A stretch of DNA of 59,656 nucleotides, the filler included, from Squatina squatina (Eukaryota): NCBI GenBank assembly GCA_031763465.1. It is 4 parts of 4 records of this genome, joined end to end, with 100 filler letters (N's around TTAATTAATTAA, not from the genome) between each part and the next. Parts side by side here need not be neighbours in the genome. Positions count along the whole stretch, not along the records: positions 1 to 14,240 come from JARFOE010000162.1; 3 more parts are not named here. The stretch is one strand, 5' to 3'. A program made the translations under genes and the position numbers. How positions within the stretch are numbered: position 1 is the stretch's first letter; each line of letters opens with the position of its first letter. Of this stretch, positions 1-12,080 are shown one piece after another. Below the pieces are notes generated by a model. The model was given only the letters and a program-made list of their open reading frames with translations, did not search any database and was not told the DNA's origin.

Positions 1-593
1 CTCTCCCAATGACAGCTGCCCCATGGAGTGAAAAATTAAACATTGTAAGGACTCTCGCTCATCTCCCTTCAAAAGCAATGTTTAGAGAATGTTGACATGA
101 TTTGAGGTCATTAGCAGGGAATGAAAAAAAGGACAACAGAGCAAGGAGATGAAACAATATCAGGAGAGTAATTAAGGCAGGCATACTACAACAGCTGGAT
201 GTTTTAACCTGTTTTACTCCAAAAAAAAGTCACATGGCCAAGCTCATTAGTTCCTCCACAGCTTCCCCTCGCACATATAATTTCTACTGATTTTAAAACT
301 TTTTTTGTTTAGACAAAACCGGAGCAAAAGAATAGTGCAGTCAACAGAACAGAATGCCAAGTGTACACTTATCATAATCCAACCACTCATAATTCCACGT
401 CTTCAGGTTATTTTATTAAAATGTGGTTTAAAATAGCCTCATTAAAGCTTTGGTAGCAAGATTCATGGTCAGACTTGTTTCCCTCCATTTAAAACAAATG
501 ATTGTACGTATGAAGCTAAGAAGCAATCTGTAAACCAACTGCAAACACGCAATAACTTTGGATTGTGGATTACTTGTCCTTATTTTGAAACAG

Positions 594-727
594 TTAGAAG
601 ACTATGACTACAAGGCCCTGGAGCCTAAAGATATGCGTCTTCCACCTCCAATGCCACCTAATGAGAGGTTGCTTGCTGCGGTTGAGGCATTTTACAGCCC
701 GCCATCTCACGACAGACCAAGAAACAG
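594..727 (+). CDS. CHERP: CHERP internal coding exon (region before the RS domain)
   Basis: cag| acceptor and |gtgg donor. Encodes LEDYDYKALEPKDMRLPPPMPPNERLLAAVEAFYSPPSHDRPRN, near-identical to recalled human CHERP (LEDHEYKPLDPKDIRLPPPMPPSERLLAAVEAFYSPPSHDRPRN). Confidence 0.95.
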
Positions 728-2013
728 GTGGGAGTCTTGCAAAATCTATGTATTGTTGTTAGCCATCTATCTGCGCCTGGTGAGAAATATTTGCTGTCTA
801 CCATCAGTGATCAGGCACTCGGGTCGATGAAAGGAACAGTGTGATTACATAAATTGTTATGGCACAGAAATAGGCTATTCTGCCCAACTGCCCCAGTGTT
901 TCTGCTCCACATGANNNNNNNNNNNNNNNNNNNNNNNNNNNNNNNNNNNNNNNNNNNNNNNNNNNNNNNNNNNNNNNNNNNNNNNNNNNNNNNNNNNNNN
1001 NNNNNNNNNNNNNNCCAGATGACGTACCTAAATCATAGCTTTCTCACTGAACCTGAGGGCACTTATTCACTGATCCAGTATAAAGTTCAGGTAGCTGTAT
1101 CTGTTGTGGTAGATCCACTGCCTGAAGTAATTTATTCAGTGCATGGCACACCATTTATGTGCTGTACTCTCCCAGTCGTCTGCTCCTCAAGCCCTCCACT
1201 ATGAGATTATCTGCAATAGCTGCTGAACCCATGATGTGGAGGTGAAAAGTCTACCCTTTTGGTCAGACACGGTAACACAGATTTGTACAACAAGCTCACA
1301 TGTCTGAATGTGAGCAATGAAGTCAATTTCTGATTTTATCTTGCCCTGCACAATCTTTTCATTGGCCTATAACAGGACCTCAGTGAGGATATCTTTATGA
1401 TAAGTTTTGTAAACACATTTGAGAATGGGTGCAAAAGGCTGATTTCATATATACAGTGAAAAATCTGCCAAGAACGCTATGCGAGCCCAAATTTCACATC
1501 ACAAGTGTGATGAGATGGCCTTGTCAGATGTTGTATGAATATCATTGAAATATGTTCCTGCAGAGCTTGAACTTTGCACCAGGAGAATAATAAAGTTCCG
1601 CAGAATTTCCCTTCCAGGGCCACTGTTCTGAATTATTGGGCTGTGACCACTTGGAAATGACCAGCTGCATATGTGTAGCAAACAGGCAGTTGTTCTCGAT
1701 CATTTACAGGTACCAAGCTCCGCAGAATGGTCTGACATGTGCTGATCAACCTGGCATGCCTTCTTTGATCTTGTATCACCTCAACCACAAAATACTGTAT
1801 TTAAGCTGCTTTAAAAGCAAACATAGTTCAAGGGGTAAAAGAAAATTGCTGCCAGCAGCTTTTTCTGAAACAGTAATATAAAAATGAAATATTTAAGAAG
1901 TCTAACAAACTCATGATGCTATTATGGAACAATAAACATACAAAGAGCTCATTGTCTATTCCAAATGGTGGCACAAGGGAAAAGAAGAGCAAATACAGTA
2001 GAAATTGTTTCAG

Positions 2014-2430
2014 GTGTCAGCCATGGCTCAGTGGGAGAACTCACGCTTCTGAGTTAGAAGGTCATGGGTTCATGCCCCACTCCTGAGACTTGACCACATA
2101 AGCTAGACTTACACTTCAGTGTACTATTGAGCAAGTGCTCACTGTCGGAGGTGCTGTCCTTTGGAAGTGATGTGAAATCAAGATGCCATCTCGGGTGAAT
2201 GAAAAAGATATGACAGCACTCTTTAAAGCAGAACAGAGGAGTTTTCCTGGTCTCCCTCAACTAACACTGCTAAAAGAAGGTTACTTGGTCATTTATCTCA
2301 TTGCAGTTTGCTGCAAGCAAGGTAGCTATTGTTTGTTTGACATTGAGATAGTGAGTACACTTCAAAAGTATTTCATTGGCTTTGGTATGTCCTAAAGATG
2401 TGAAAGGCACTAAATAAATTCGAGTTTGTT
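2014..2430 (+). mobile_element. tRNA-headed SINE, near full length (SacSINE1/DeuSINE-like shark SINE)
   Basis: Pol III A-box TGGCTCAGTGG, B-box-like GGTTCATGCCC and L2-like tail gtgaaaggcactaaataaat. Other copies occur in the window (15365, 17615, 21141, 28033, 48380). Family name is from recall. Confidence 0.75.
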
Positions 2431-3065
2431 TTTTTCCAGGGATTAAAATAATTTTGCATCAAATTTGGAGCCTTAATGAGGCTTGCACTGGACATTTTTC
2501 TTGACTACAAAATGCCCCTCTGTAAATTGGATGTGCTGGCCTGGGTGCCCAATTTTGTGACTTGAGCTCAGTCTTAGTGAGGCTCCATGACTCTGGCACA
2601 GCTACATAAAATTGACCCATACATGGTGCATAATTCTGAGATAAAAGTATTTAAAAGACACACAGGTTTTTCCTTCCCCCACCACCCTGCCATCACACCA
2701 CCCCAAAAGTTTATATAGACGACCTACTCACTGTGTATGAAGAGCAAAAATGATGAATATCTTTATGTTAGCAATCCACATTTCTAGTTCTATGCCACAA
2801 AATGAATTTTCACTGCATTGCCAGTGGCCCTGCCTAGGTGTACTGTTCAATGATACCTGCTATTCAATTATTTTAAAATGATTGGGATGATTGTAGAATT
2901 GTTGGGTCCCTGATCTAAGATTACTCCAGTAACCAGTCATTTACCGTGTTCCTTCACAGGAGTGAGAGGCCCTTAACTTCCCTTGCAAGTCATTCCAGCT
3001 GCCACACAAGGCTTGCCTGAGGTAACTGTATTAGGATTAATTTATTGATGTCTGTTTTCTTGTAG

Positions 3066-3160
3066 TTCCACAACAGGACTCGGAGGTGGTCCTGTCACTC
3101 TCACACCCGATCAGAGACTGGGGGAAGAAAACAAAGGGCACCAGCTGTTAATGAAGATGG
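3066..3160 (+). CDS. CHERP: CHERP exon, N-terminal half of the G-patch domain
   Basis: ttttcttgtag| ... |gtatg. Encodes STTGLGGGPVTLTPDQRLGEENKGHQLLMKM and joins in frame to the exon at 3746. Confidence 0.93.
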
Positions 3161-3745
3161 GTATGCTCGACTCTTAAGCTTTCAGTCATGATTTTCACAG
3201 CAATTCCATTTCAGGCATACAAAATCTCTCATTACCCCTAAACCAGAAAGGTGCCTGGGTTTTTACTGCCAAAATTAATAGTNNNNNNNNNNNNNNNNNN
3301 NNNNNNNNNNNNNNNNNNNNNNNNNNNNNNNNNNNNNNNNNNNNNNNNNNNNNNNNNNNNNNNNNNNNNNNNNNNNNNNNNNNNNNNNNNNNNNNNNNNN
3401 NNNNNNNNNNNNNNNNNNNNNNNNNNNNNNNNNNNNNNNNNNNNNNNNNNNNNNNNNNNNNNNNNNNNNNNNNNNCGCATATTATAGCAGCAATGCCAAA
3501 CATCAACCAGGTGTTGTAAAATTAAAAAATAATTTGGGGTAATTAGAGAGACCTAAAACCACTTCCACGAACTAACTTAGAGATTTAACCAGCAGAATTC
3601 AAATGGCAAACGTGGCTCAGTAAGAAATGTAATGCAAACTTAAGTTTGCAAACTAGAGCTTTGACAGCTGATAACCAGGGTTCATGTGCCACAGTTTGGA
3701 CAAGTATTTAGTGGAAAATCATTGGATTGTGTTGGTCTGTTCCAG

Positions 3746-3939
3746 GCTGGAGCGGGTCAGGAGGACTTGGGGCAAAGGAGCAGGGTATCCAGGACCCAAT
3801 CAAAGGAGGAGAAATCCGTGACAAGTGGGACCAGTATAAAGGAGTGGGGGTCCCACTCGATGATCCCTATGAGAACTATCGAAGAAATAAGAGTTACTCC
3901 TTCATAGCTCGCATGAAAGCAAGAGATGAAAGTAAGTAA
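3746..3939 (+). CDS. CHERP: CHERP C-terminal exon (G-patch end), stop TAA at 3937-3939 if unspliced
   Basis: ttccag| acceptor. Encodes WSGSGGLGAKEQGIQDPIKGGEIRDKWDQYKGVGVPLDDPYENYRRNKSYSFIARMKARDESK*, matching the human C-terminus (...ARDECK). Confidence 0.95.
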
Positions 3940-4374
3940 TGTGAATGAATGTAGTCCTGTGTATGTGACTCCGAGGTGGCATTGGTGCTGCTTTGGAACA
4001 TGAGTAAGATTGCCTCTCGGTGTACTTTCACACCAGGATCTGACTATTGACAGTGGAGTGGATTTCCTCTTTAAACTGTGCACACTGAGAGGTCAGTCCC
4101 CACTGTACACTGGAGCAACAACTGCCTGTGCTGTGGAAACACTGTTTCCCCTCCTCATGCATCTCTTTCGATGTAGCTATTACACAGATCTCTACCCATT
4201 TGTTTAAATAGCAGAATCATCAAAATTATTTCAAATATCATTATACATTGTATAGTAAATAAGGTTCGAAACCTATTTCTCCTCACATACTTCCATTTAT
4301 CAAAAGGACACCATGTGGATTTAAAAGACCCTCCTGTACTTTTACTGTTATCCCATGTGGATCATTTTCAAGGA

Positions 4375-4723
4375 CATAGAGGCAGTCAGCACCCGCTGGA
4401 AGGAGCATTTCGATGAACTCCTCAACCAAGACTCTGTCTTTGACGTGAGTGCCCTTGATTCCATCCCACAGCATGCTACCCGGCACTATCACAACCCCAG
4501 CCTGATATGAGGTTGAAAAGGCCATCTGACAGGCCTCCGGCGCAGACAAAATCCCTGCCGAAATGCTAAAATACGACGGAGAGGCACTCTTGGCAAGAAT
4601 CCATTACCTCATCTCCCTTATCTGGAAGGAGGAGAGCATGCCAGGGGATCTCAGATGCCGTAATCGTGACCATCTTCAAGAAAGGAGAAGGGTCCGATGG
4701 CGGAAACTACAGAGCTCCCTGCT
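4375..4723 (+). mobile_element. RTE-clade LINE fragment (start of RT region, frameshifted)
   Basis: Pieces RWKEHFDELLN, GADKIPAEMLK, IWKEESMPGDL and IVTIFKKG..GNYR are typical of RTE reverse transcriptases. Runs into a gap. Confidence 0.8.
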
Positions 4724-6861
4724 NNNNNNNNNNNNNNNNNNNNNNNNNNNNNNNNNNNNNNNNNNNNNNNNNNNNNNNNNNNNNNNNNNNNNNNNNNNNN
4801 NNNNNNNNNNNNNNNNNNNNNNNNNNNNNNNNNNNNNNNNNNNNNNNNNNNNNNNNNNNNNNNNNNNNNNNNNNNNNNNNNNNNNNNNNNNNNNNNNNNN
4901 NNNNNNNNNNNNNNNNNNNNNNNNNNNNNNNNNNNNNNNNNNNNNNNNNNNNNNNNNNNNNNNNNNNNNNNNNNNNNNNNNNNNNNNNNNNNNNNNNNNN
5001 NNNNNNNNNNNNNNNNNNNNNNNNNNNNNNNNNNNNNNNNNNNNNNNNNNNNNNNNNNNNNNNNNNNNNNNNNNNNNNNNNNNNNNNNNNNNNNNNNNNN
5101 NNNNNNNNNNNNNNNNNNNNNNNNNNNNNNNNNNNNNNNNNNNNNNNNNNNNNNNNNNNNNNNNNNNNNNNNNNNNNNNNNNNNNNNNNNNNNNNNNNNN
5201 NNNNNNNNNNNNNNNNNNNNNNNNNNNNNNNNNNNNNNNNNNNNNNNNNNNNNNNNNNNNNNNNNNNNNNNNNNNNNNNNNNNNNNNNNNNNNNNNNNNN
5301 NNNNNNNNNNNNNNNNNNNNNNNNNNNNNNNNNNNNNNNNNNNNNNNNNNNNNNNNNNNNNNNNNNNNNNNNNNNNNNNNNNNNNNNNNNNNNNNNNNNN
5401 NNNNNNNNNNNNNNNNNNNNNNNNNNNNNNNNNNNNNNNNNNNNNNNNNNNNNNNNNNNNNNGATTTGGTACAGAAATCAAGTTGCTATTTTTTCAAACA
5501 TAAACCAGTATAAATTTGCAGTTCGTTCAGAAGCCTCATTAGTGGTTTATTTAATCACAATCAGACCACAGCTCTTTACAAAAAATATATTGCCGCATCT
5601 GAAAATGGGTTCGATCCCTGGCCTTTGCTGATCGACCAGATCTGAGCTAAGATGGCAATAGCAATGCTACAATTGGTCCGAAGCCCATGTTACCTCTTAT
5701 CTCAATAACAAACCCCAACATGGGTTATGGCCTTCCTGCAGGACCAGAGACGGAGAAGTCTCTTTCTTTCCGTTCCCCCCCTCCAAGGCATGCACACTCT
5801 CCATAACAACCACCAGTTAATGGGGAAAAAATCAGTTTCTCTATGGAGTTAGTGCCTTGAGAAATAAGTTTGAATCAGTAATAATACAGTAAACGTTTCC
5901 ACCCGCCTGGGCCACAGCCACCATTCCATGTCGTGATGATGTCGTCGTGTCTCAGATCCATTCTTCAGTCCATCATGCATTCCACACACTGGTTGCTTCA
6001 TGCACAACACATCACGTCTGCACATCCTATCCCAAGATCATACAGCACGAGACATCGCATACGAGGGATTCCTGCCCTTCCAAGCGATGTATCCAAAGAT
6101 CAGGGGTGTTCGATTAGAATCTCCCCCTGCATGGTTCCGATGTTTGAGTAGTGACCAGACTACAAATACATTCTTCTCATTGTTCAGTATTGGCAAGAGA
6201 AAACTGATCAATTAACTATCAAATCCCTAAAGCGTCATCTTTAAATAATTTTGGTATAACCAAAAGCTTTGCTCTCATCAATTTCCATTTCAGCTGACTG
6301 GTATGGAAGCTTTTTCTTCCACTGGTCCAATCTTCATACAGTGTTATGCAGAAGCCATCAAGACAGGAATTTTTTAAAAAATAAATTTTGACCATTCCCT
6401 GTTCTTAATTAGGAACACTTCAAGTCGTTGGCCTTCCCGAGTGCTTGAACAGCAACTCGAACCAGTACATCCTGTTGTAAACAAGTAATGCGCCTTGGTT
6501 CAGTGATTTTTACAGCAGAGACAGGAGTGCTTGCAGTTGCTTTTGGACAGAACTCCCATGGTTCCCCTGTCCTCTCTTTACTGATGTGTTAAATTAGTTC
6601 AGGGAGGTTCACTGCTAATTGTTGCTAAGCAGGACCATTACATGTTTAGTAAAATTAACCTGAGGTTGACTGACACAGGCAGGGAAACGGAAATATTTGA
6701 AATGCAGTTTTCAAATGGTACATTGCCTTGGGTGATGGCAGTAAACCTTTGTCATGCTCCTACATAGGGTTATCGCATACATTATCAGTTGATTAAGTAT
6801 TGGAATATTTGTTTTGCTAAGCTTTTCTTTTTATGACCTTTAATATTTTCTGTTACTACAG

Positions 6862-6899
6862 TGAAGAAAGAGATACAGGAGCAGCCACCCCCAGAGTGA
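6862..6899 (+). CDS. CHERP: Putative alternative terminal coding exon of CHERP
   Basis: Acceptor ttttctgttactacag|. Splicing from the GTAAGT donor at 3932 gives in-frame ...RDE-MKKEIQEQPPPE* (TGA 6897-6899), followed by AT-rich UTR-like sequence. Confidence 0.6.
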
Positions 6900-7486
6900 A
6901 GCATGTGCTAGAGGATGAAGCTGTATTTGTTCTGCTTCAGATGGCAACATCACACCCGTAACACAATAAGGACTTAGAAACCCAAGCAACTCACTGCTGG
7001 ACTGATCGATCACGGGGTGCCTCTCAAACCGAGTATTTCGGGGCTGGGACACGAGCAGAGGACTAAATCCCGAATGAATCTTAATGTAGATCTGAACACA
7101 CTATAATAATCTCATTTTCACTTGGGGTACCTGCTTATACAATGATGTGATTTTCCCAGTGTTTTTTTTTAAGTTAAGCAGTGCAAAGGTGTAGGCATCA
7201 ATGATAGGATGAGAATTTTTATACTGACGAATTGTAAATGTTTGTGTTGGCCTAAAATTGGACATTTTGACGGTCTCCTCCGTGATGTACAAAGGAAGGA
7301 CTCTGAACTCTTGAAGTGTTTTCACTTGCCCTTTTGTGTTCGGTTATAGAGGTGTGTCTGGATTGTTAACACTCTCTTGTTTGATCACCCACTAGACTAG
7401 AGCTAATGTAATGACTTTTGTGAACCATTTTAACCTGTTCATCTAAACTGTAGGATTAAAATTTCTCAATCAGTAATTTCTTCTTA

Positions 7487-7492
7487 ATTAAA
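7487..7492 (+). terminator. Candidate CHERP polyadenylation signal (ATTAAA)
   Basis: ATTAAA followed by GT-rich gttctgtttattgtg. Alternatives are ATTAAA at 7455 and AATAAA at 7622. Confidence 0.3.
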
Positions 7493-7657
7493 CACGTTCT
7501 GTTTATTGTGCAGACCTCCATTTTGGTCACCGTTAAGTTTCATGCTCGATGCCGATAAACGCTCCTCTCACTCCAGGAAATAAGTCACATGCACGGCTTA
7601 CATAGAGATATCCATGTCTGAAATAAAACTTCCTTATGATGGCAAATTGTTGAATTG

Positions 7658-7764
7658 ACAACAACTTGCATTTATATAGCACCTTTAACTTAGTAAAGCG
7701 TCCCCAAGGCACTTCACAGGAGCATTATCAGACAAAATGTCACACCGAGCCGACGAGGAGATAG
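7658..7764 (-). mobile_element. L2-type LINE 3' tail
   Basis: Reverse complement ends ...aaaggtgctatataaatgcaagttgttgt, a tail type shared with the tRNA SINE copies. Contig ends inside it. Confidence 0.6.
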
Positions 7765-7864
7765 NNNNNNNNNNNNNNNNNNNNNNNNNNNNNNNNNNNN
7801 NNNNNNNNNNNNNNNNNNNNNNNNNNNNNNNNNNNNNNNNNNNNNNNNNNNNNNNNNNNNNNNN

Positions 7865-7940
7865 CAGCCATGATCTCATTGAATGGCGGAGCAGGCTCGA
7901 GGGGCCGAATGGCCTACTCCTGCTCCTATTCCTTATGTTC
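7865..7940 (+). mobile_element. CR1/HER1-type LINE 3' tail
   Basis: cagccatgatctcattgaatggcggagcaggctcgaggggccgaatggcctactcctgctcctattccttatgttc. The same tail occurs at 16620, 31020(-), 49430, 50215(-) and 56612(-). Confidence 0.8.
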
Positions 7941-8128
7941 GTGTGTTTAACTTGTGCTGCTCAGCACCATAACCTCTGGTGGGCTCTGCCATGGGTAAAC
8001 GGAACGTGGTCAGCCATGTGCAGGACTGCAGGGCTTTCTTCACCTGTAATAGTCTCACTTTTGCCACAATGACACTGAGGTGAAATGATCTGCGCTTGTT
8101 GGTGACAAAACCCCTTCTGCGTTTTAAG

Positions 8129-8362
8129 AGTGTGAAAAGAATCGTACATACGAAAATTAAAGCGAAATACGAGGCACTGAGGAAGCACATTGACAAGGAG
8201 GAGAGGAGAGTTCTGCGGTACCTGGACAGTGAACAGAGTCGTCTGACCACAGAGATCGATGGCAAGGTCTGCGAGCTGGAAAAGAAAGTGAAAGAATTTG
8301 AAAAGTCGTTTTCTGATCTCAGTGACCTTCTGAAGCACAATGAAGAGCTTGTGTTTATACAG
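8129..8362 (+). CDS. TRIM-family coiled-coil exon (isolated)
   Basis: ttttaag| ... |gtaat, 234 bp, phase 0-0 and open. Encodes SVKRIVHTKIKAKYEALRKHIDKEERRVLRYLDSEQSRL...LLKHNEELVFIQ. Size, phase and the heptad-rich pattern match the TRIM coiled-coil exon (compare the 231-bp exon at 16873). Confidence 0.75.
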
Positions 8363-10389
8363 GTAATGCTGCACCTATCTCAATACCTGNNNNNNNNNNN
8401 NNNNNNNNNNNNNNNNNNNNNNNNNNNNNNNNNNNNNNNNNNNNNNNNNNNNNNNNNNNNNNNNNNNNNNNNNNNNNNNNNNNNNNNNNNNNNNNNNNNN
8501 NNNNNNNNNNNNNNNNNNNNNNNNNNNNNNNNNNNNNNNNNNNNNNNNNNNNNNNNNNNNNNNNNNNNNNNNNNNNNNNNNNNNNNNNNNNNNNNNNNNN
8601 NNNNNNNNNNNNNNNNNNNNNNNNNNNNNNNNNNNNNNNNNNNNNNNNNNNNNNNNNNNNNNNNNNNNNNNNNNNNNNNNNNNNNNNNNNNNNNNNNNNN
8701 NNNNNNNNNNNNNNNNNNNNNNNNNNNNNNNNNNNNNNNNNNNNNNNNNNNNNNNNNNNNNNNNNNNNNNNNNNNNNNNNNNNNNNNNNNNNNNNNNNNN
8801 NNNNNNNNNNNNNNNNNNNNNNNNNNNNNNNNNNNNNNNNNNNNNNNNNNNNNNNNNNNNNNNNNNNNNNNNNNNNNNNNNNNNNNNNNNNNNNNNNNNN
8901 NNNNNNNNNNNNNNNNNNNNNNNNNNNNNNNNNNNNNNNNNNNNNNNNNNNNNNNNNNNNNNNNNNNNNNNNNNNNNNNNNNNNNNNNNNNNNNNNNNNN
9001 NNNNNNNNNNNNNNNNNNNNNNNNNNNNNNNNNNNNNNNNNNNNNNNNNNNNNNNNNNNNNNNNNNNNNNNNNNNNNNNNNNNNNNNNNNNNNNNNNNNN
9101 NNNNNNNNNNNNNNNNNNNNNNNNNNNNNNNNNNNNNNNNTTAAATGCTTCTGGTTTGATGTCCGTAAGATGTGCTTAAAATTAAATGAATCTGAAGTGA
9201 ATGGAATTTAATGCAAAGACGTTTGAGCTGAAGTGGTTGCAGGTGCATTCATGTTTTACAATGAACTCTAAACTGCATTATTACAAAAAGAGCAATTGAA
9301 GCTGATGTGCCGCAAGCAACATAATAACATTAATCATTGCACTAATCACAATTCCTCAATTTGGTATGCAAGGCAATCAAACATTCATATCTTTAATCTT
9401 CATTTTCAACATCTGTGTATTTGTGTATGAAATACTTCTCAGGATCACACTTTGTTGTGTAACCTTTATCCTGCAACATTGATTTCTACTGTGCTTTCCT
9501 ATAAACTTTGGGGAGGTTATTGGTTAATAATGCTGATCTTTTTACAAATTTATAACTTGCATTTTTAAGATGAAGTTAAGCAAACATTTGATTCCATGTC
9601 AATGGCTTATTTATTTTGTCACATGATTGAAATGTAGGAGAGGATCTGGTCAATCTTGAATTTTATTCGCATATTTTTTTCTCAAAAAGCTAATTTCTTT
9701 AATTGTAAATTTGTACTATTTATAAGGGACTACCACATTTTACAAGTTTAAACATACAAAAGCAAAATTAGTAAATAATATCTTTTTGGGATATCAGATG
9801 TATCAGATCATACATTTAGATATACTCTGGTCTCCCTCCTATTGTCTCCTCTCTCTTCCCTGCTTACTACCAGGGTATATGTATCCTAATCTTGCTAAGC
9901 AACCAGGCCTATGTAACTTGAGTTTTCCCTGGCTGTTGCTCCAGACCCAAACCTATCACTTCTGTTTCCACTTTATTCTTCCCTTTTTAAAAAAAGACTT
10001 ATTTTCTCTTTAGCTCTCCTAGATTCCTCTCTCCTGTCATCATGCCTCCTTTCATTTCTCCCCTCCTGGGTACTCTGCCCTCCCAAATCCCTACCTCAAA
10101 CCTCCAACACTCCTCAACCTTCCCACTCTCCTGCTGCTGTCCCAGGTTTGTGTCTCTTAAATAAGACTGCAGCTTCCCCCTGTGCTTCTCTTGGCATTCC
10201 TGGAAGGGCCCATCAAGGCACTCGTCGTTGCCTCCTTACAAGCAGCAACTGCAAATGGCCGATCCTACACACTCGCTGACCTTCCCACCTAGCGCGACCG
10301 ATGGGGCAAAGTTTTCCTACATCCTGCCCGTCCCACTTACCTCTCTCCCAGTGCTGACCCTATGGACTCTGCCACTGCATCAGCTATCA

Positions 10390-11179
10390 TTGCCTCTCTC
10401 CGCATTTCCTTCCAGAATGTCTGTTCACTTGTGAACAAGGCCAATGCCATCCATGAGCTTATTGTGGATGATTGCATCAACATCATGGCCCTGATGGAAA
10501 CCTGGCTGAGAGGAATGACACCTTTCCCCTAAAATGAAAATTATGCCTTCCGCCACTTGCCCTGCCCAGGCCATCATGGTGGTGGTGCGGCTCTTATCAT
10601 CAAATCACACCATGGTCTGTTCCCCAACTCCTCTTGAGCATCTTGCCTTGTTCCACCCCTCTCAGCTCATTTAAGATCCTCGGTCTCTACTGCCCACCCA
10701 AATACCATAAAAATTCTCAGACCAAGATATCTTCACTGCTTTCCACCCTCTGCACCGAGTAACTTCTCATCCTCTGTGATTTCAACCTCCATCTCAATTC
10801 ATCATGCTCTCTCTTCCGAGCTCACTGCCCTCCTATCCTCCCCTTAACCTCCTCCCTCCATCTAAACTCTACTACCCATATTCACAACCACCCCCTTGAC
10901 CTAGCCATCATCTCATGTGGCCTCGCTACTCCCATCATGCCAATCACAGATAAGGCCATCTCTGACCACTTCCTTGTATCGCTCTCCACCCACATCCCCC
11001 TTCTCCCTCCCTACCCCTACTTCCTTCTGGGTTTGCCTCAATTCACTTACAACTGCATTCAAATTCCAATAATTTAGTCTTTGGCCCTCCATTCACAACA
11101 CCATTTCTGCAGTTACCAATCTGCTCAACCACAACCTCACCACCACCTTTGATGCCCTAGCCCCCATTAACACTATTAC
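10390..11179 (+). mobile_element. L2-clade LINE ORF2, degenerate AP endonuclease region
   Basis: QNVCSLVNKANAIHELIVDDCINIMALMETWLRG, GGGAALI, DFNLHLN, HPLDL and ISDHFLV motifs with frameshifts, in C-rich sequence. Confidence 0.8.
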
Positions 11180-11279
11180 NNNNNNNNNNNNNNNNNNNNN
11201 NNNNNNNNNNNNNNNNNNNNNNNNNNNNNNNNNNNNNNNNNNNNNNNNNNNNNNNNNNNNNNNNNNNNNNNNNNNNNNN

Positions 11280-11698
11280 TCGGACACTCGCAAATCCTCA
11301 TCCGAATCAATCACAAGTGCACTCAGTTTTCTGCTCATAATTTTGTTTTCTATTTGTGTCAGTCTGGCAAGCGCAGCACTGGAGGATTTGACCCACGTGG
11401 TGGCAGCATCAGGTCTTCTTGTGTCTGTCTCATTAGCTTTCTTCAACATGCTCTTGCTCGCGGTGGGATTTTGCGATACTGCCAATTTGTTTGGCTTCTT
11501 CAAGAACCGATTGCCAGTCAATGGCAGCTCACTGATGCCTACAGGTGCCTTTATATTAGCTGCGATTTTCAAACATTGATTTTCTTTCCATTCTCTGTCC
11601 ACTGTGTCCTCTATTGAAAGGTCGCTTAGGTCACTAATTTTATGCAGGTTGAAAGGATTAATCTTCAGGGCACTGCTTTTCTTATAGAGAGTGTTCAT
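11280..11698 (-). CDS. C19orf44: C19orf44 homolog, first coding exon (truncated by gap)
   Basis: Acceptor ctcttgtatttgcag| at 11705, ATG at 11698. SDLSDLSIED, NRFLKK and AALARLTQIENKIMSRKL match recalled human GDFSDVSLED, SRFLKR and AALMKLAQLETRIMNRKL. Synteny with CHERP and CALR3 agrees. Confidence 0.85.
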
Positions 11699-12080
11699 AT
11701 AATCCTGCAAATACAAGAGTGATAGTTTAGAAACAGCTGTTGTTGCCACCTCAAAGAGAAAGCATGTAGATTCAAGGAGGTTCAGTGGTTGAACATATCA
11801 CATGGTTGATACCTGTAATTCCTAATCTCAGTTGAGCCAAAGGAAGAGGCTTTGAGAGGAAGTCAGAAACTTCAACATAAGGGGGGTGGGGGGGGAGGAG
11901 AAGAGGAGGGAAAATATGGAGGAGGGAAGGCTTGTGCACCTTCTAGCCGTGAGATTGGCAGAACTTTCACATGGGATACATGACTCCTTCCCTGCTAGGA
12001 AATGAGACCCCAATTTGAGTGGTCTGAAACAGGCCGCAGCATTCGGGGATGCGGCTTTGGTGATTTTGTCACTGTTCTGG

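Noticed and set aside
2014-2085. tRNA gene
   Set aside because: A and B boxes only, with no cloverleaf. It continues into a SINE body and tail present in multiple copies.
728-3065. Apparent loss of CHERP RS-domain exons (likewise missing CALR, COX11, DNAI1 and TRIM PRY-SPRY exons)
   Set aside because: 100-N gaps of unknown size lie where these exons are expected. Assembly fragmentation explains their absence.
4563-5631. Long ORFs in the track made mostly of X (also 8096-9211 and many others)
   Set aside because: Artefacts of translating through N gaps.
5933-6207. C/D snoRNA suggested by GTGATGA
   Set aside because: No nearby D box with a terminal stem. The nearest CTGA is about 270 nt away.
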